Below are positions 30,401 through 39,466 of a stretch of DNA of 64,000 bases, one piece after another; the stretch's first letter is position 1, and each line of letters begins with the position of its first letter. A program made the position numbers and the translations under genes. Below the pieces are notes generated by a model, which had not been told where the DNA came from, ran no database searches, and was given only the letters and a program-made list of their open reading frames with translations. The DNA is taken from positions 800,001 to 864,000 of the forward strand of contig CAXXOA010000001.1 of NCBI GenBank assembly GCA_963666275.2, in the 5' to 3' direction. This DNA comes from Oceanispirochaeta sp. Lineage in GTDB: Bacteria > Spirochaetota > Spirochaetia > DSM-2461.

Positions 30401-31808
30401 AACCGGGAATGGGTATATAGATAAAAAAACTGTAACTGTCATCTATCTCCTGTTCGAAGGATATCTCCCAGTCATGTTTTAAAAAAATGGAACGGCTGAT
30501 GGAGAGGTACATATCGGTTATCTCCCGGTTCAGATCACTGAAGGGAGAGAAAAAGTCAAAGCATTTCATGTCTTCCGGGACGGCGGGGAAAAAAGTAATT
30601 ACCAGTAATCCGGTTTCACTGTCCCTGTCTTCCAGCCTGATCCTGATCAGGGATTCGATCTGTATCCTTGCCCTGACAAAATCCAGAATGTATTTCAGAG
30701 CTTTGGCAATTTGCAGCTGATCGAATTCCAGCTCCACATCTGCCATCATAGGGGTAATCTCGGTATCATATTCGCTGTCTCTGCAGTTTTTTGCCAGAAT
30801 TTCACTGAGGAATAGTGCCAGGGAAGCCCTGGATTTTACGGGAAATCCTCCGGGAGAAAAAGTCAGGAACTGATTTGATGTTTCCAGTGTCATATCCAGT
30901 GCTTCAATGGTTTTATCCAGGAATGCATCCACTTTTTCATTTCCTCTGTTCTGGGACTGTGCCAGCTGGATATAGCCGTATACGGATGTCAGCTGATTAT
31001 TGAATTTATGAGCAATCAGACCTGCCAGACGGCCCACCTCTTCCAGGCGTTCCTTCTCTTCTTCCAGTTTCATGACTTCCCGGTTTTTTTCCCATATACC
31101 CAGAAACAGATGATGAATGTAGGATATCTCATTCATTTTATGCCAGTCGGGAATTTCGATGGGAAAATCCGAATCCCTCTGTATTTGTATAAGCTGCCTT
31201 TTCAGTTTTTTCAGCGGTTTATCCACAGTCATGGAATAGGAGAAATAGAGACCTGTTCCAAAGCTGATAAATACAAGAATCAGAAGAGTCAGGAAGTTCC
31301 GTATCTCTTTTTGAATCCTGGACAGTGTATTCTGGTCAGAGAGGATGAGGGAGATGGTTCCTATATAGATTCTGTCACTGTCAGGGTTGAAATATACAGT
31401 TTCATATCCGGAGAAATTCTTTTTTCCCCGGATTCTGTCCTTCATCAGATTTATGGGAAAGCCGAATTCCTTTTCCAGACCGGTATTCGCATAGGCATTT
31501 GGATCGCCGGCACTGACAAATTTTTCTCCGAATTCATCATGAACCTCCAGAAAAACAATGTCGGGATCTTCAAGGGCAAAAAGGAGGATTGCTTCGGTCT
31601 GGTTCCTGTTTACGTTCCAGAGTGGATAACTGATAATCCTGCTGAAAACTGAGAGATTCAGTTCCAGTTTCTTTTTCAGATTACTGTAAGCTGATTCGAC
31701 TCGTCCATACTGATCAAGGAAAAATATGACCAGGGAAATGGAGATTATGAGAGGGAAAATAATAAGGAAAAAACTCCTTTTCAGACTCCGGAAGTGGGGA
31801 AGTGCCAT
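30399..31808 (-). CDS. Membrane sensor histidine-kinase-like protein with a degenerate ATPase domain
   Basis: Two TMs, a HAMP-like region and H-box AHKFNNQL. N, G1 and G2 boxes are absent. Confidence 0.7.
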   Translation of the reverse strand: MALPHFRSLKRSFFLIIFPLIISISLVIFFLDQYGRVESAYSNLKKKLELNLSVFSRIISYPLWNVNRNQTEAILLFALEDPDIVFLEVHDEFGEKFVSAGDPNAYANTGLEKEFGFPINLMKDRIRGKKNFSGYETVYFNPDSDRIYIGTISLILSDQNTLSRIQKEIRNFLTLLILVFISFGTGLYFSYSMTVDKPLKKLKRQLIQIQRDSDFPIEIPDWHKMNEISYIHHLFLGIWEKNREVMKLEEEKERLEEVGRLAGLIAHKFNNQLTSVYGYIQLAQSQNRGNEKVDAFLDKTIEALDMTLETSNQFLTFSPGGFPVKSRASLALFLSEILAKNCRDSEYDTEITPMMADVELEFDQLQIAKALKYILDFVRARIQIESLIRIRLEDRDSETGLLVITFFPAVPEDMKCFDFFSPFSDLNREITDMYLSISRSIFLKHDWEISFEQEIDDSYSFFIYIPIPG

Positions 31809-31819
31809 CAGTGGTATCC

Positions 31820-32581
31820 TTAATGTTCTCCGGAGATATTATAATTCTCCAGTATCTTCAGCCATGCGGGATCTTTCTTCATCTCAGAAACCGTTGTCTC
31901 CATAAAGGCCTCCAGATCAGGGTTCCCGCCTGAAACAATACATCGCCTGGTATAGGTACTATGGGGAAAGCGGGATATGTAAAGGGCATCCTGCAGCTGA
32001 TTGACATGGATTATATATTCTGCACCGCTCAGAGGAGCTATAGTAAAATCGATCCTCCCTTTTACCAGTTTCCTGAAGTTATCAATATGATTCTCCGCAT
32101 CCATCCTGATGAGGGATCCTTCCTTCACCATTTGGTCGATATCCTTATAATGATGCCCTCTGACTCCTCCGAAAACCAGACCTGCAACCACCTGGGGACT
32201 TGTGTACTCCAGCATGGTTGTCCTGTTGGAAATGACTGCGTTCTGATCGGAAAAAAGGCTTTCTCCGGTCCAGTGGAAGAGAGTCTCTCCTGTGTCGTTG
32301 AACCAGACGGGATTGACCCAGGGGATCACAGCTTTTTCATTTGCTTCAAGCATCTTATCCACTCTGCTGCGGGACATGGGGATAAGGTTAAACTGATACT
32401 TTCCGTGTGAGGCTACTGTCAGGTATCGGGCCAGATCATAACTGAGGCCATATCCCTCTCCCGTATAAAACGGTATATGTGTATGGTAGGAAAACAGGGG
32501 AATCTTTTCGCTTTCTGCAAATAATGAGAGATAAGTTGTTAAAAGTACTGGTAATATTAGTAACAGTTTCTTCATATCCAA
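31820..32581 (-). CDS. Periplasmic substrate-binding protein (family 3-like)
   Basis: Signal peptide and PFY..G..GLSYDL, GGVRGHHY and KLVKGRID motifs. Confidence 0.8.
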   Translation of the reverse strand: MDMKKLLLILPVLLTTYLSLFAESEKIPLFSYHTHIPFYTGEGYGLSYDLARYLTVASHGKYQFNLIPMSRSRVDKMLEANEKAVIPWVNPVWFNDTGETLFHWTGESLFSDQNAVISNRTTMLEYTSPQVVAGLVFGGVRGHHYKDIDQMVKEGSLIRMDAENHIDNFRKLVKGRIDFTIAPLSGAEYIIHVNQLQDALYISRFPHSTYTRRCIVSGGNPDLEAFMETTVSEMKKDPAWLKILENYNISGEH

Positions 32582-32643
32582 CCCCTTTTTTTAAATCCTA
32601 AGCGACCAAAGGCGGAATTGCTATGAACTTTTTTCTTCTGCTG

Positions 32644-34041
32644 TCAGCAGTTTATTGTGCAGTTTTTTCCTTCCTGCTTTGCTCTGTATAATGCCTTGTC
32701 CGCCTGGGATATAAGCTGATCAAATCCGCAGGTTCTGCCGGGAATGCAGCATTTAATCCCAATGGAAACAGTGATACTCCTGTCAATGGATGACAGAGAA
32801 AGATTTTTCAGAGAATTGTGAATCCTTTTAGCAATCCATTCTGCGGTGGACAGCTCTGATTCGGGGAGGAAAATGCAGAATTCTTCACCACCGTAACGGC
32901 AAAGCAGATCGGAATCCCTCACCTGTCTGGAAAACAGGTCTGCTGTCAGCCGCAGTATCACATCGCCCATATCATGGCTGAATCTATCGTTGATATCTTT
33001 GAAATTGTCCAGATCCAGCATCAGGATGCTGACATGCCACCCTTTTCTCCTGGCCAGTTGAAAGAGTTTTTCTCCGTTCTTAAAAAACCAGCGCCTGTTT
33101 CCCACTCCGGTGAGGGGGTCGGTGGTTGCCATCTGAACCATCCTCTCATGATTTCGGGAGTTGTTGACCGCAATAGCCATAAAATCTGCAAAACCCGAGG
33201 CAATTCTCATATGGTTGGGAGTAAAGGTTTTTGCCTTATCACTGTTAAAGGAGAGAAGCCCCAAAACGGAATCGTTGATTTTCAGAGGGATCCCCATCCA
33301 GGAACCGGGTGATGCGGAACTCTGGTCCGGAGAATCCTGAACCCTTTTTTCCAATATGCAGGGTCTGCCTTTGCTTATGATCCGGTATTGGGGAGAATTT
33401 TCTGTCAGGGAGATACAACGGGTGGTTCCGGAAGTTCCGCACCGGCTTCTTGTTCCTTCAGTAACCAGGCGGCCTTCCTCTATAAGCTGTACAGCTGCTG
33501 TATCATAGGGGATGATTTGTCCCGCCTGTTTCAGGATGATTTTTACTGCTTCATTGAGGTCGAGTACGGATGTGACCGATTTTCCCACAGTCAGAAGGGC
33601 TTCCAGTTCTCTGGTTCTCTCTTCTGCTGTAACCAGGGCTTCGGACAGACGGTTTTCTGTCTCCTTAAACTCGGTTATATCCCTGTCGGCTCCCAGATAA
33701 AGGGCTGGCTCTCCATTCTTTTCCCTGCTGAGAAACGTTCCGGAATTGTAGATCCACCGGAAATCGCCCTCCCTGCTTTTTACCCTGTAGATGAGATCAA
33801 ATCTGTCAGTATGACCCGCTCTGATACTCTCCATGGCTGCCGTCGCTTTCTCTCTGTCTTCCGGATGAAGCAGTTGGAGCCACTGGCTTTGAAACATGTG
33901 CTCTTCCGAGTATCCCAGATCCTGCCATAACTGATTGGTAAAGCATTCTCCGGTGGAGTAGTTATGCAGAAAGATCCCCAGTTTCGCCAGTACATGCTGA
34001 AACTCTTTAAGGGGTCTCTCTCCTGATGATTCTAATGGCAT
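32644..34041 (-). CDS. Diguanylate cyclase (PAS-GAF-GGDEF)
   Basis: PAS_3 (LHPEDR), a GAF domain, DPLTG.NRR, DLDNFK, an RxxD I-site and GGEEF. Confidence 0.92.
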   Translation of the reverse strand: MPLESSGERPLKEFQHVLAKLGIFLHNYSTGECFTNQLWQDLGYSEEHMFQSQWLQLLHPEDREKATAAMESIRAGHTDRFDLIYRVKSREGDFRWIYNSGTFLSREKNGEPALYLGADRDITEFKETENRLSEALVTAEERTRELEALLTVGKSVTSVLDLNEAVKIILKQAGQIIPYDTAAVQLIEEGRLVTEGTRSRCGTSGTTRCISLTENSPQYRIISKGRPCILEKRVQDSPDQSSASPGSWMGIPLKINDSVLGLLSFNSDKAKTFTPNHMRIASGFADFMAIAVNNSRNHERMVQMATTDPLTGVGNRRWFFKNGEKLFQLARRKGWHVSILMLDLDNFKDINDRFSHDMGDVILRLTADLFSRQVRDSDLLCRYGGEEFCIFLPESELSTAEWIAKRIHNSLKNLSLSSIDRSITVSIGIKCCIPGRTCGFDQLISQADKALYRAKQEGKNCTINC

Positions 34042-34188
34042 TCTTATTTTCCTGAATGATTTATTTGCACAATATTAGGGAACGTGTGTTTTGATAGTGT
34101 ATCAACTATTCATTTTTGAGTAAATGGGAAAATTCCTATCTCTATGGTTTTACTTGAGATTCCCCTGCGGGTCCTGTAAAATGAAAGC

Positions 34189-34638
34189 ATGGCTGTTTAT
34201 ACAAAAAAGAGAACATACAATCTGGCAGGAAGGATGAGTAAGGATGTCATAGATGACCATATCCGGGAGGCTGTTGCGGAGAGCGGAATCGGCGAAGGGT
34301 ATGTGATGGTCTTTGTCGCCGGCTGTGTCGCCGCGCTGGCTGTTACCGAAGCGGAACCGAATATCCTGGAGCATGACCTGGACCATCTGTTTTCTCATGC
34401 CCTGGGAATCCCCTACGGCAACAATTTTGCAGACGGAACTCCCTATAGACACCATGAAACCTGGCATGACGATAATGGTTCCAGTCATCTGCGGGCTCTG
34501 CTTCTGCTGCATTCTCTCTCTATTCCCGTTGTGGATGGGGAAGTGATGCTCGGTCCCTGGCAGAATGTGGTGCTGATCGAATGTGATACAGGGCCTCGGA
34601 CCCGGACGCTGTTTTATCAGGTTCAGGGGGAAGTTTAG
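34189..34638 (+). CDS. yjbQ: YjbQ/UPF0047 family protein (secondary thiamine-phosphate synthase-like)
   Basis: YRH, DNGSSHL and LGPWQ..LIECD motifs. Confidence 0.82.
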   Translation: MAVYTKKRTYNLAGRMSKDVIDDHIREAVAESGIGEGYVMVFVAGCVAALAVTEAEPNILEHDLDHLFSHALGIPYGNNFADGTPYRHHETWHDDNGSSHLRALLLLHSLSIPVVDGEVMLGPWQNVVLIECDTGPRTRTLFYQVQGEV

Positions 34639-34749
34639 GATGGTAGAGTCAGGAGGGTGTTATATATTTTAGTTCTAAACTGCAGAATCCAATCAAAGAC
34701 TGGTCAGATATGGGAATCTGTTAGCCATTTTCCCATACCCGTAATGCAC

Positions 34750-35340
34750 TTATCCTATTGTTTGCATTTCCATCTTCTTCCGATGAGTTACTAAGGCATC
34801 ACTGACCGGTATCATCGATAAGAGCTGTTGAGCCATGAGAATAAAATACCCCTGTCGGAACATCAGAAGGGCCGCTGCCAGGTTTCCCAGCAATAGCCAG
34901 TAATAACCGGCAGAACTGGTTTTGGCCATATAGTAAGTTCCCAGGAGAAAACCTGCAGCTATGCCAAGCTCAATGACCTGGTTCATGGAACTGATCCCTC
35001 CGAAGTCATACAGGCTGATCCCCAAACCGCTCACTATCATGAGCTTTGCCATTGCATCCAGCCATCTGGACAGGTTTGAATCCTTCTTGTTACGTATGAC
35101 ATTGATAAGACCCATGATCATGGAAGGAACACCGCTGGATTCCATCGCCGCGGCAATCCAGTTCCTTTCTGATAGAAAAATTGTCACCCAGGGCGTAACC
35201 CCCAGAAGGTAGACAACCCATGCGGCAATCTGGAATTTCCGCCGGTAATGTTCTTTTTTTGCCCTTTCTGCCGCGGAAAAAAACAGTTTATTGGTAAAAT
35301 AGAAGAGTCCTCCGGTAATCTGGAGAAATAAAATAGACAT
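34750..35340 (-). CDS. Hypothetical integral membrane protein (two repeated triple-helix halves)
   Basis: About 6-7 hydrophobic segments. A GAGG RBS precedes MSILFLQ. Confidence 0.7.
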   Translation of the reverse strand: MSILFLQITGGLFYFTNKLFFSAAERAKKEHYRRKFQIAAWVVYLLGVTPWVTIFLSERNWIAAAMESSGVPSMIMGLINVIRNKKDSNLSRWLDAMAKLMIVSGLGISLYDFGGISSMNQVIELGIAAGFLLGTYYMAKTSSAGYYWLLLGNLAAALLMFRQGYFILMAQQLLSMIPVSDALVTHRKKMEMQTIG

Positions 35341-35788
35341 AATACAATCCTCAAATTCTGAAATATACGATAAGCAGAATCTCACCGGACAAGTACCAAA
35401 GGGATAGCCGATAACATTGTCGTGGTAACGATTTTGTGCTGCTTCTGAAACGAATTAATGAAAAAAAGTATTGGGGGGTGGTGGAGGGGAAGTCAGGAAG
35501 TTCCGAGTCCTGAGGGGCATCTGTTTACTATAATCTGGAGAGATCACATGAGAAAGCTTTCTTTTGCCCATTTTTTCCTCCAAAAAGATAAAACAGATAG
35601 ATCATTTATAGCAATGCCATAGATTGTTGTCAATTCCGCAGAGTCCGGGGAAAACTAATCAGAATAGTCTCTTTTCAAAAATTAGGGCTTTAATAAATCG
35701 ATCTATCTTAAAAATTGGGATAGTATTAATTGAAGAGAGACAATTAATTCAATATTTCTTTGTCGGAGAGAAAGTATATGAATTTCAG

Positions 35789-35840
35789 TTGACAATAAAA
35801 AATAATAGGGATAAACTATGTTTGTTCGAAGTACAAACAT
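35789..35840 (+). promoter_or_regulatory. Sigma70 promoter immediately followed by a palindromic ROK-type operator
   Basis: TTGACA-N17-TAAACT (35789-35817), then the perfect palindrome ATGTTTGT-TCGAAGT-ACAAACAT (35818-35840). Confidence 0.75.
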
Positions 35841-35922
35841 ATCAGTTATGTAGCAATATTAGAAAAAATATTATTTTTTTATAATATTGTATGTATGACG
35901 AGCAAACAAAGAGGTTGGGTAA

Positions 35923-36924
35923 ATGAGTACTAAATATGCAATTGTATTTGATATAGGAGGAACAAATCTCCGTTCGGCACTTATCGATAGTGAAGGTTTT
36001 ATTTTGCAACAATCCTTAAGGGAAAAATCGCAATCAGAACCTTATGCAGATATTGTTCATTTTATTTGTAATGAATATTCCTTGTTAAAAGGATATCTTA
36101 AATCTAACAAGAATACAGATTGTATCATCGGTGTTTGTGTAGGTATAGCTGGAGTTGTTGATTCAAGTAATTATGATATTGTGAAATCTTTTAATGTTTT
36201 TGGAAATGACTCTCCAGATCGCGTTAATATTTATCATGATCTAAAAAAAGAAATTACTGAAAATATCATACTTGTAAAAGATACAAACCTTTCAATTTTA
36301 GGCGAACAATGGATAGGTGCTGGTGAGCAGCTCAAAAATCTTGTTGGTATATTTGTAGGTACCGGGCTAGGAGCAGGATTAATCATTCATGATAATTTAG
36401 TTATTGGTGCAAATGGCAGTGCTGGTGAGATAGGTCATATTATAATTGATTCTGAAGGGAACCAGTGTCGTTGCGGAGGAAAAGGTTGTCTTGAGACTTA
36501 TGTTTCTGGTAAAGCAATGGCAAAGTATGCAAAAGAAGGGCTTGGCCCAGATGTTCAGAGTCTTTTAAAAAAATCATATGGTGACCCAGAATCTTTGAGA
36601 GCAGAAGAAGTCTATTTTGCTGCAGAAAAAGGAGACTTATATGCCAAAGAAATTATTCATAATATGTGTAAGGATCTTGCCATTGGTATTACTAATGTTA
36701 TAGATCTTTTTAATCCGGATGCCATAGTCCTGGGCGGAAGTATGATTAGTTGTCATTCCTATGTATTAGGTATTATTGAGGATGAAGTAATAAAAAGGTC
36801 TTTTAAAATTCCAATAAAGGATCATCTATTGAGGTTGAGTGCATTAGGAGACAATGCAGCTTTAATTGGTGGTATGAGAGCTCTTCAGCAATTTCATAAA
36901 GATATTGAAAGTAATAAGAGTTAG
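35923..36924 (+). CDS. ROK-family sugar kinase
   Basis: N-terminal DIGGT, GTGLGAG and GEIGH..CRCGGKGCLE. No HTH. Confidence 0.9.
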   Translation: MSTKYAIVFDIGGTNLRSALIDSEGFILQQSLREKSQSEPYADIVHFICNEYSLLKGYLKSNKNTDCIIGVCVGIAGVVDSSNYDIVKSFNVFGNDSPDRVNIYHDLKKEITENIILVKDTNLSILGEQWIGAGEQLKNLVGIFVGTGLGAGLIIHDNLVIGANGSAGEIGHIIIDSEGNQCRCGGKGCLETYVSGKAMAKYAKEGLGPDVQSLLKKSYGDPESLRAEEVYFAAEKGDLYAKEIIHNMCKDLAIGITNVIDLFNPDAIVLGGSMISCHSYVLGIIEDEVIKRSFKIPIKDHLLRLSALGDNAALIGGMRALQQFHKDIESNKS

Positions 36925-36948
36925 AAAAGAAAATTAAAAAAATAATCT

Positions 36949-36971
36949 ATTTGTTCGAACGAAAAACAAAT
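36949..36971. promoter_or_regulatory. Second ROK-type operator-like palindrome upstream of the SBP gene
   Basis: ATTTGTT-N9-AACAAAT. Shares TTTGTTCGAA with the 35821 site. Confidence 0.6.
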
Positions 36972-37042
36972 TGGTTGCGGTTTGTATTTAATGAGTGTAA
37001 AAAATAGCCTTATGGCTGTTTTAAAATAAATGGAGGATTTTT

Positions 37043-38311
37043 ATGAAGAAAAACCTTATGTTGCTTATTGTTATATCCCTTCTTTCTGTTGGGATATTCG
37101 CAAATGGAACTGGTGAAGAGAAATCGGGATCTTCAGATTCCAATGTTATGTTTCTTTATCATTGGTGGAGTGCTGGTGGTGAAAAAGATGCTGTTGATGC
37201 GATCTTATATGATTTCAAAGATAAGAACCCTGATATCGCTATTGTAGAAAATCCAGTAGCAGGCGGAGGGGGAACCGTCATGCAGGCTCAGATAAAAGCT
37301 ATGATAATGGCTGGAGAATCACCGGATTCTTTTCAGGTAACTCTTGGTGATGGACAATTGAAGCAATGGGTTAATGTACTTGAACCCATTGATGATATAT
37401 GGAATGGTCTTGATATACCACCCGTCCTTAAGGGAATGGTTACTTCTGATGGTCATCAGTATGGAGTTCCTATAAACGTTCATACTTCTAATATCCTTTG
37501 GTATAATACGAAATTGGTTAAGCAACTGGGTATTAAAATGCCTATTGATTCTCTTGAGGAATTATATGCAGCTTGCGATAAGGTAAAAGATGCAGGTATA
37601 ACTCCTCTTGCTCTAGGAGTTGGTTCAGGGCAAAAGCTTTGGTGGGTCCATCTTCAGGAAGCTATTCTTCCACTTATTCCAGGAGTAGATTCGGATTTTA
37701 TTACTGATCTTTATACTGGTAAAGTGGATCCTGCAGATAGCAGAGTTCGTCAGGTAATGGAAGTTTTTCATAAGATGCTTACATCTGGATACTTTAATGA
37801 TGATTATCCTTCTCTCACCTGGGATCAGGCTGGGAATTTGATAATGAATGATCAAGCTCTGTTTTTTCCAATGGGTGATTGGGCTAAAGGTATGTTTGTC
37901 TCTGCAGGATGGAGACCTATTGAAGATTTTAATTTTCAACTTCTGGGAGGGATTCAGGCAGTTCACTCGGATCAGTTTGTTATGGCAAAGAATGCTCCTC
38001 ACAAAGAAAATGTAAGAGCCTGGTTAACTTATCTTAGTACAAAAGAAGCTGAAACACTATTTAATCCCATAAAAGGATCTATACCCCCCAGGTTAGATGC
38101 CAGTAGTGAACCATACGATGTTATATCTTCACGACTGTTAGAACTGTTCCGTGATCCAAATACAACGGTAATTCAGGATAGTGATGTGGCAACACCCGTT
38201 GGGTATATGGAGACTTTTGGAGATATGTTCAGTGTTTATGCTACAAACCCTGATGTAAATAAAGGAACACAAGAATATATAAAGGCTTATAATAAAGTAT
38301 TTAAGAAATAG
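37043..38311 (+). CDS. Carbohydrate ABC transporter substrate-binding protein
   Basis: Signal peptide and HWWSAGGE, PVAGGGG, MGDWAKG and FNPIKGSIP, typical of glucose/mannose-type SBP_bac_1 proteins. Confidence 0.92.
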   Translation: MKKNLMLLIVISLLSVGIFANGTGEEKSGSSDSNVMFLYHWWSAGGEKDAVDAILYDFKDKNPDIAIVENPVAGGGGTVMQAQIKAMIMAGESPDSFQVTLGDGQLKQWVNVLEPIDDIWNGLDIPPVLKGMVTSDGHQYGVPINVHTSNILWYNTKLVKQLGIKMPIDSLEELYAACDKVKDAGITPLALGVGSGQKLWWVHLQEAILPLIPGVDSDFITDLYTGKVDPADSRVRQVMEVFHKMLTSGYFNDDYPSLTWDQAGNLIMNDQALFFPMGDWAKGMFVSAGWRPIEDFNFQLLGGIQAVHSDQFVMAKNAPHKENVRAWLTYLSTKEAETLFNPIKGSIPPRLDASSEPYDVISSRLLELFRDPNTTVIQDSDVATPVGYMETFGDMFSVYATNPDVNKGTQEYIKAYNKVFKK

Positions 38312-38318
38312 TAGGTAT

Positions 38319-38345
38319 GCAGGAAGAGTGAAAAACTCTTCCTGC
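38319..38345 (+). other. Intercistronic stem-loop after the SBP gene
   Basis: Perfect 11-bp stem GCAGGAAGAGT-GAAAA-ACTCTTCCTGC. Confidence 0.6.
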
Positions 38346-38359
38346 TGATTGGAGGATAT

Positions 38360-39250
38360 ATGCGGAACAAATTTAATTTACAGAATAGAGTACAGATAGT
38401 CCTATTCTTAGTTCCGGGGCTCTTTTTTGTAACTGTCTTCATTTATGCATTGGTTATCTGGAATGGTTATGTTTCGTTAACTGACTGGGAAGGTTTGACT
38501 GATCAAATAAACTTTATTGGTTTGAAGAATTTTAGAGATTTATTATTTGATTCAACATTCATTACAAGTGTGGGTAATACATTTTTATTAGCTGTATTAT
38601 TCTTAATAGTAAGCTTGTCAATAGGATTGTTTGCAGCGATATTACTTGATTCAAATGTACGTGGTAGAAATGTTTTTCGTACAATATTTTTACTGCCTTT
38701 GGCTGTTTCATTTGTGGTATCTGCAACGGTTTGGTCTTGGATGTTTGCGCCAAATGATGGGATTATTAATACAATTCTTCATATGATGCATTTGGGAAAT
38801 TTGGCACAACAATGGACAGCTTCTCCTCAACAGTCCTTAATTTGTGTGGTTATAGTATATATATGGCAGTTTTCTGGGTTTGCAACTCTTGTCTTTTATT
38901 CAGGTATAAGTTCAATACCTGAAGAATTAAGTGAAGCTGCTGTTATGGAAGGAGCAACAGAAATTCAACGTTATGCGGGTATTATTGTTCCATTATTAAA
39001 ACCTTCTTATTTGACAATTCAAACTATTTTGATAGTTTATGCTTGGCGTGTATTTGATCTGGTGTATTTAATGACCGGTGGTGGACCGGGTATATCATCT
39101 GAAGTCATGTCCACTTACCTTTATCGAGTGACATTCAATATGAATCAATTTGGATATGGTGGATCGATTGGCTTTTTTATGTTTGCTGTATCAATTCTGA
39201 TAATAGTTCCCTCTTTTGTGGCAACAATGAGGAGTCAAAATGAAAACTAA
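38360..39250 (+). CDS. Carbohydrate ABC transporter permease 1
   Basis: EAA loop EAAVMEGA, FIGLKNF and MTGGGP. Confidence 0.92.
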   Translation: MRNKFNLQNRVQIVLFLVPGLFFVTVFIYALVIWNGYVSLTDWEGLTDQINFIGLKNFRDLLFDSTFITSVGNTFLLAVLFLIVSLSIGLFAAILLDSNVRGRNVFRTIFLLPLAVSFVVSATVWSWMFAPNDGIINTILHMMHLGNLAQQWTASPQQSLICVVIVYIWQFSGFATLVFYSGISSIPEELSEAAVMEGATEIQRYAGIIVPLLKPSYLTIQTILIVYAWRVFDLVYLMTGGGPGISSEVMSTYLYRVTFNMNQFGYGGSIGFFMFAVSILIIVPSFVATMRSQNEN

Positions 39251-39466
39251 TGAAAGTAGGGCAGTTACTGCATTTCGTTATTTTTTTCTTATTGGTTTGG
39301 CAATTTTTTATTTAATTCCTTTTTATGCATTGATAAATACATCTTTAAAATCAAATGAAGAGATCATTAGTGGTGCCGTTTCTTTGGTAAAGAATATTTA
39401 TTGGGGAGGATATCTGAAAGCTTTTCATGAAATCCTGGTAAGCGCTAATATCTCGGCATTAGAAAA

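Noticed and set aside
35473..35490. G-rich run (GGGGGGTGGTGGAGGGGG) near the left island edge as a G-quadruplex or att site
   Set aside because: At most a weak two-tetrad pattern. No matching repeat at the other island boundary and no integrase or tRNA.
35624..35884. 86-aa ORF upstream of the ROK kinase
   Set aside because: TTG start without RBS, and it covers the clear promoter and operator of the island operon.
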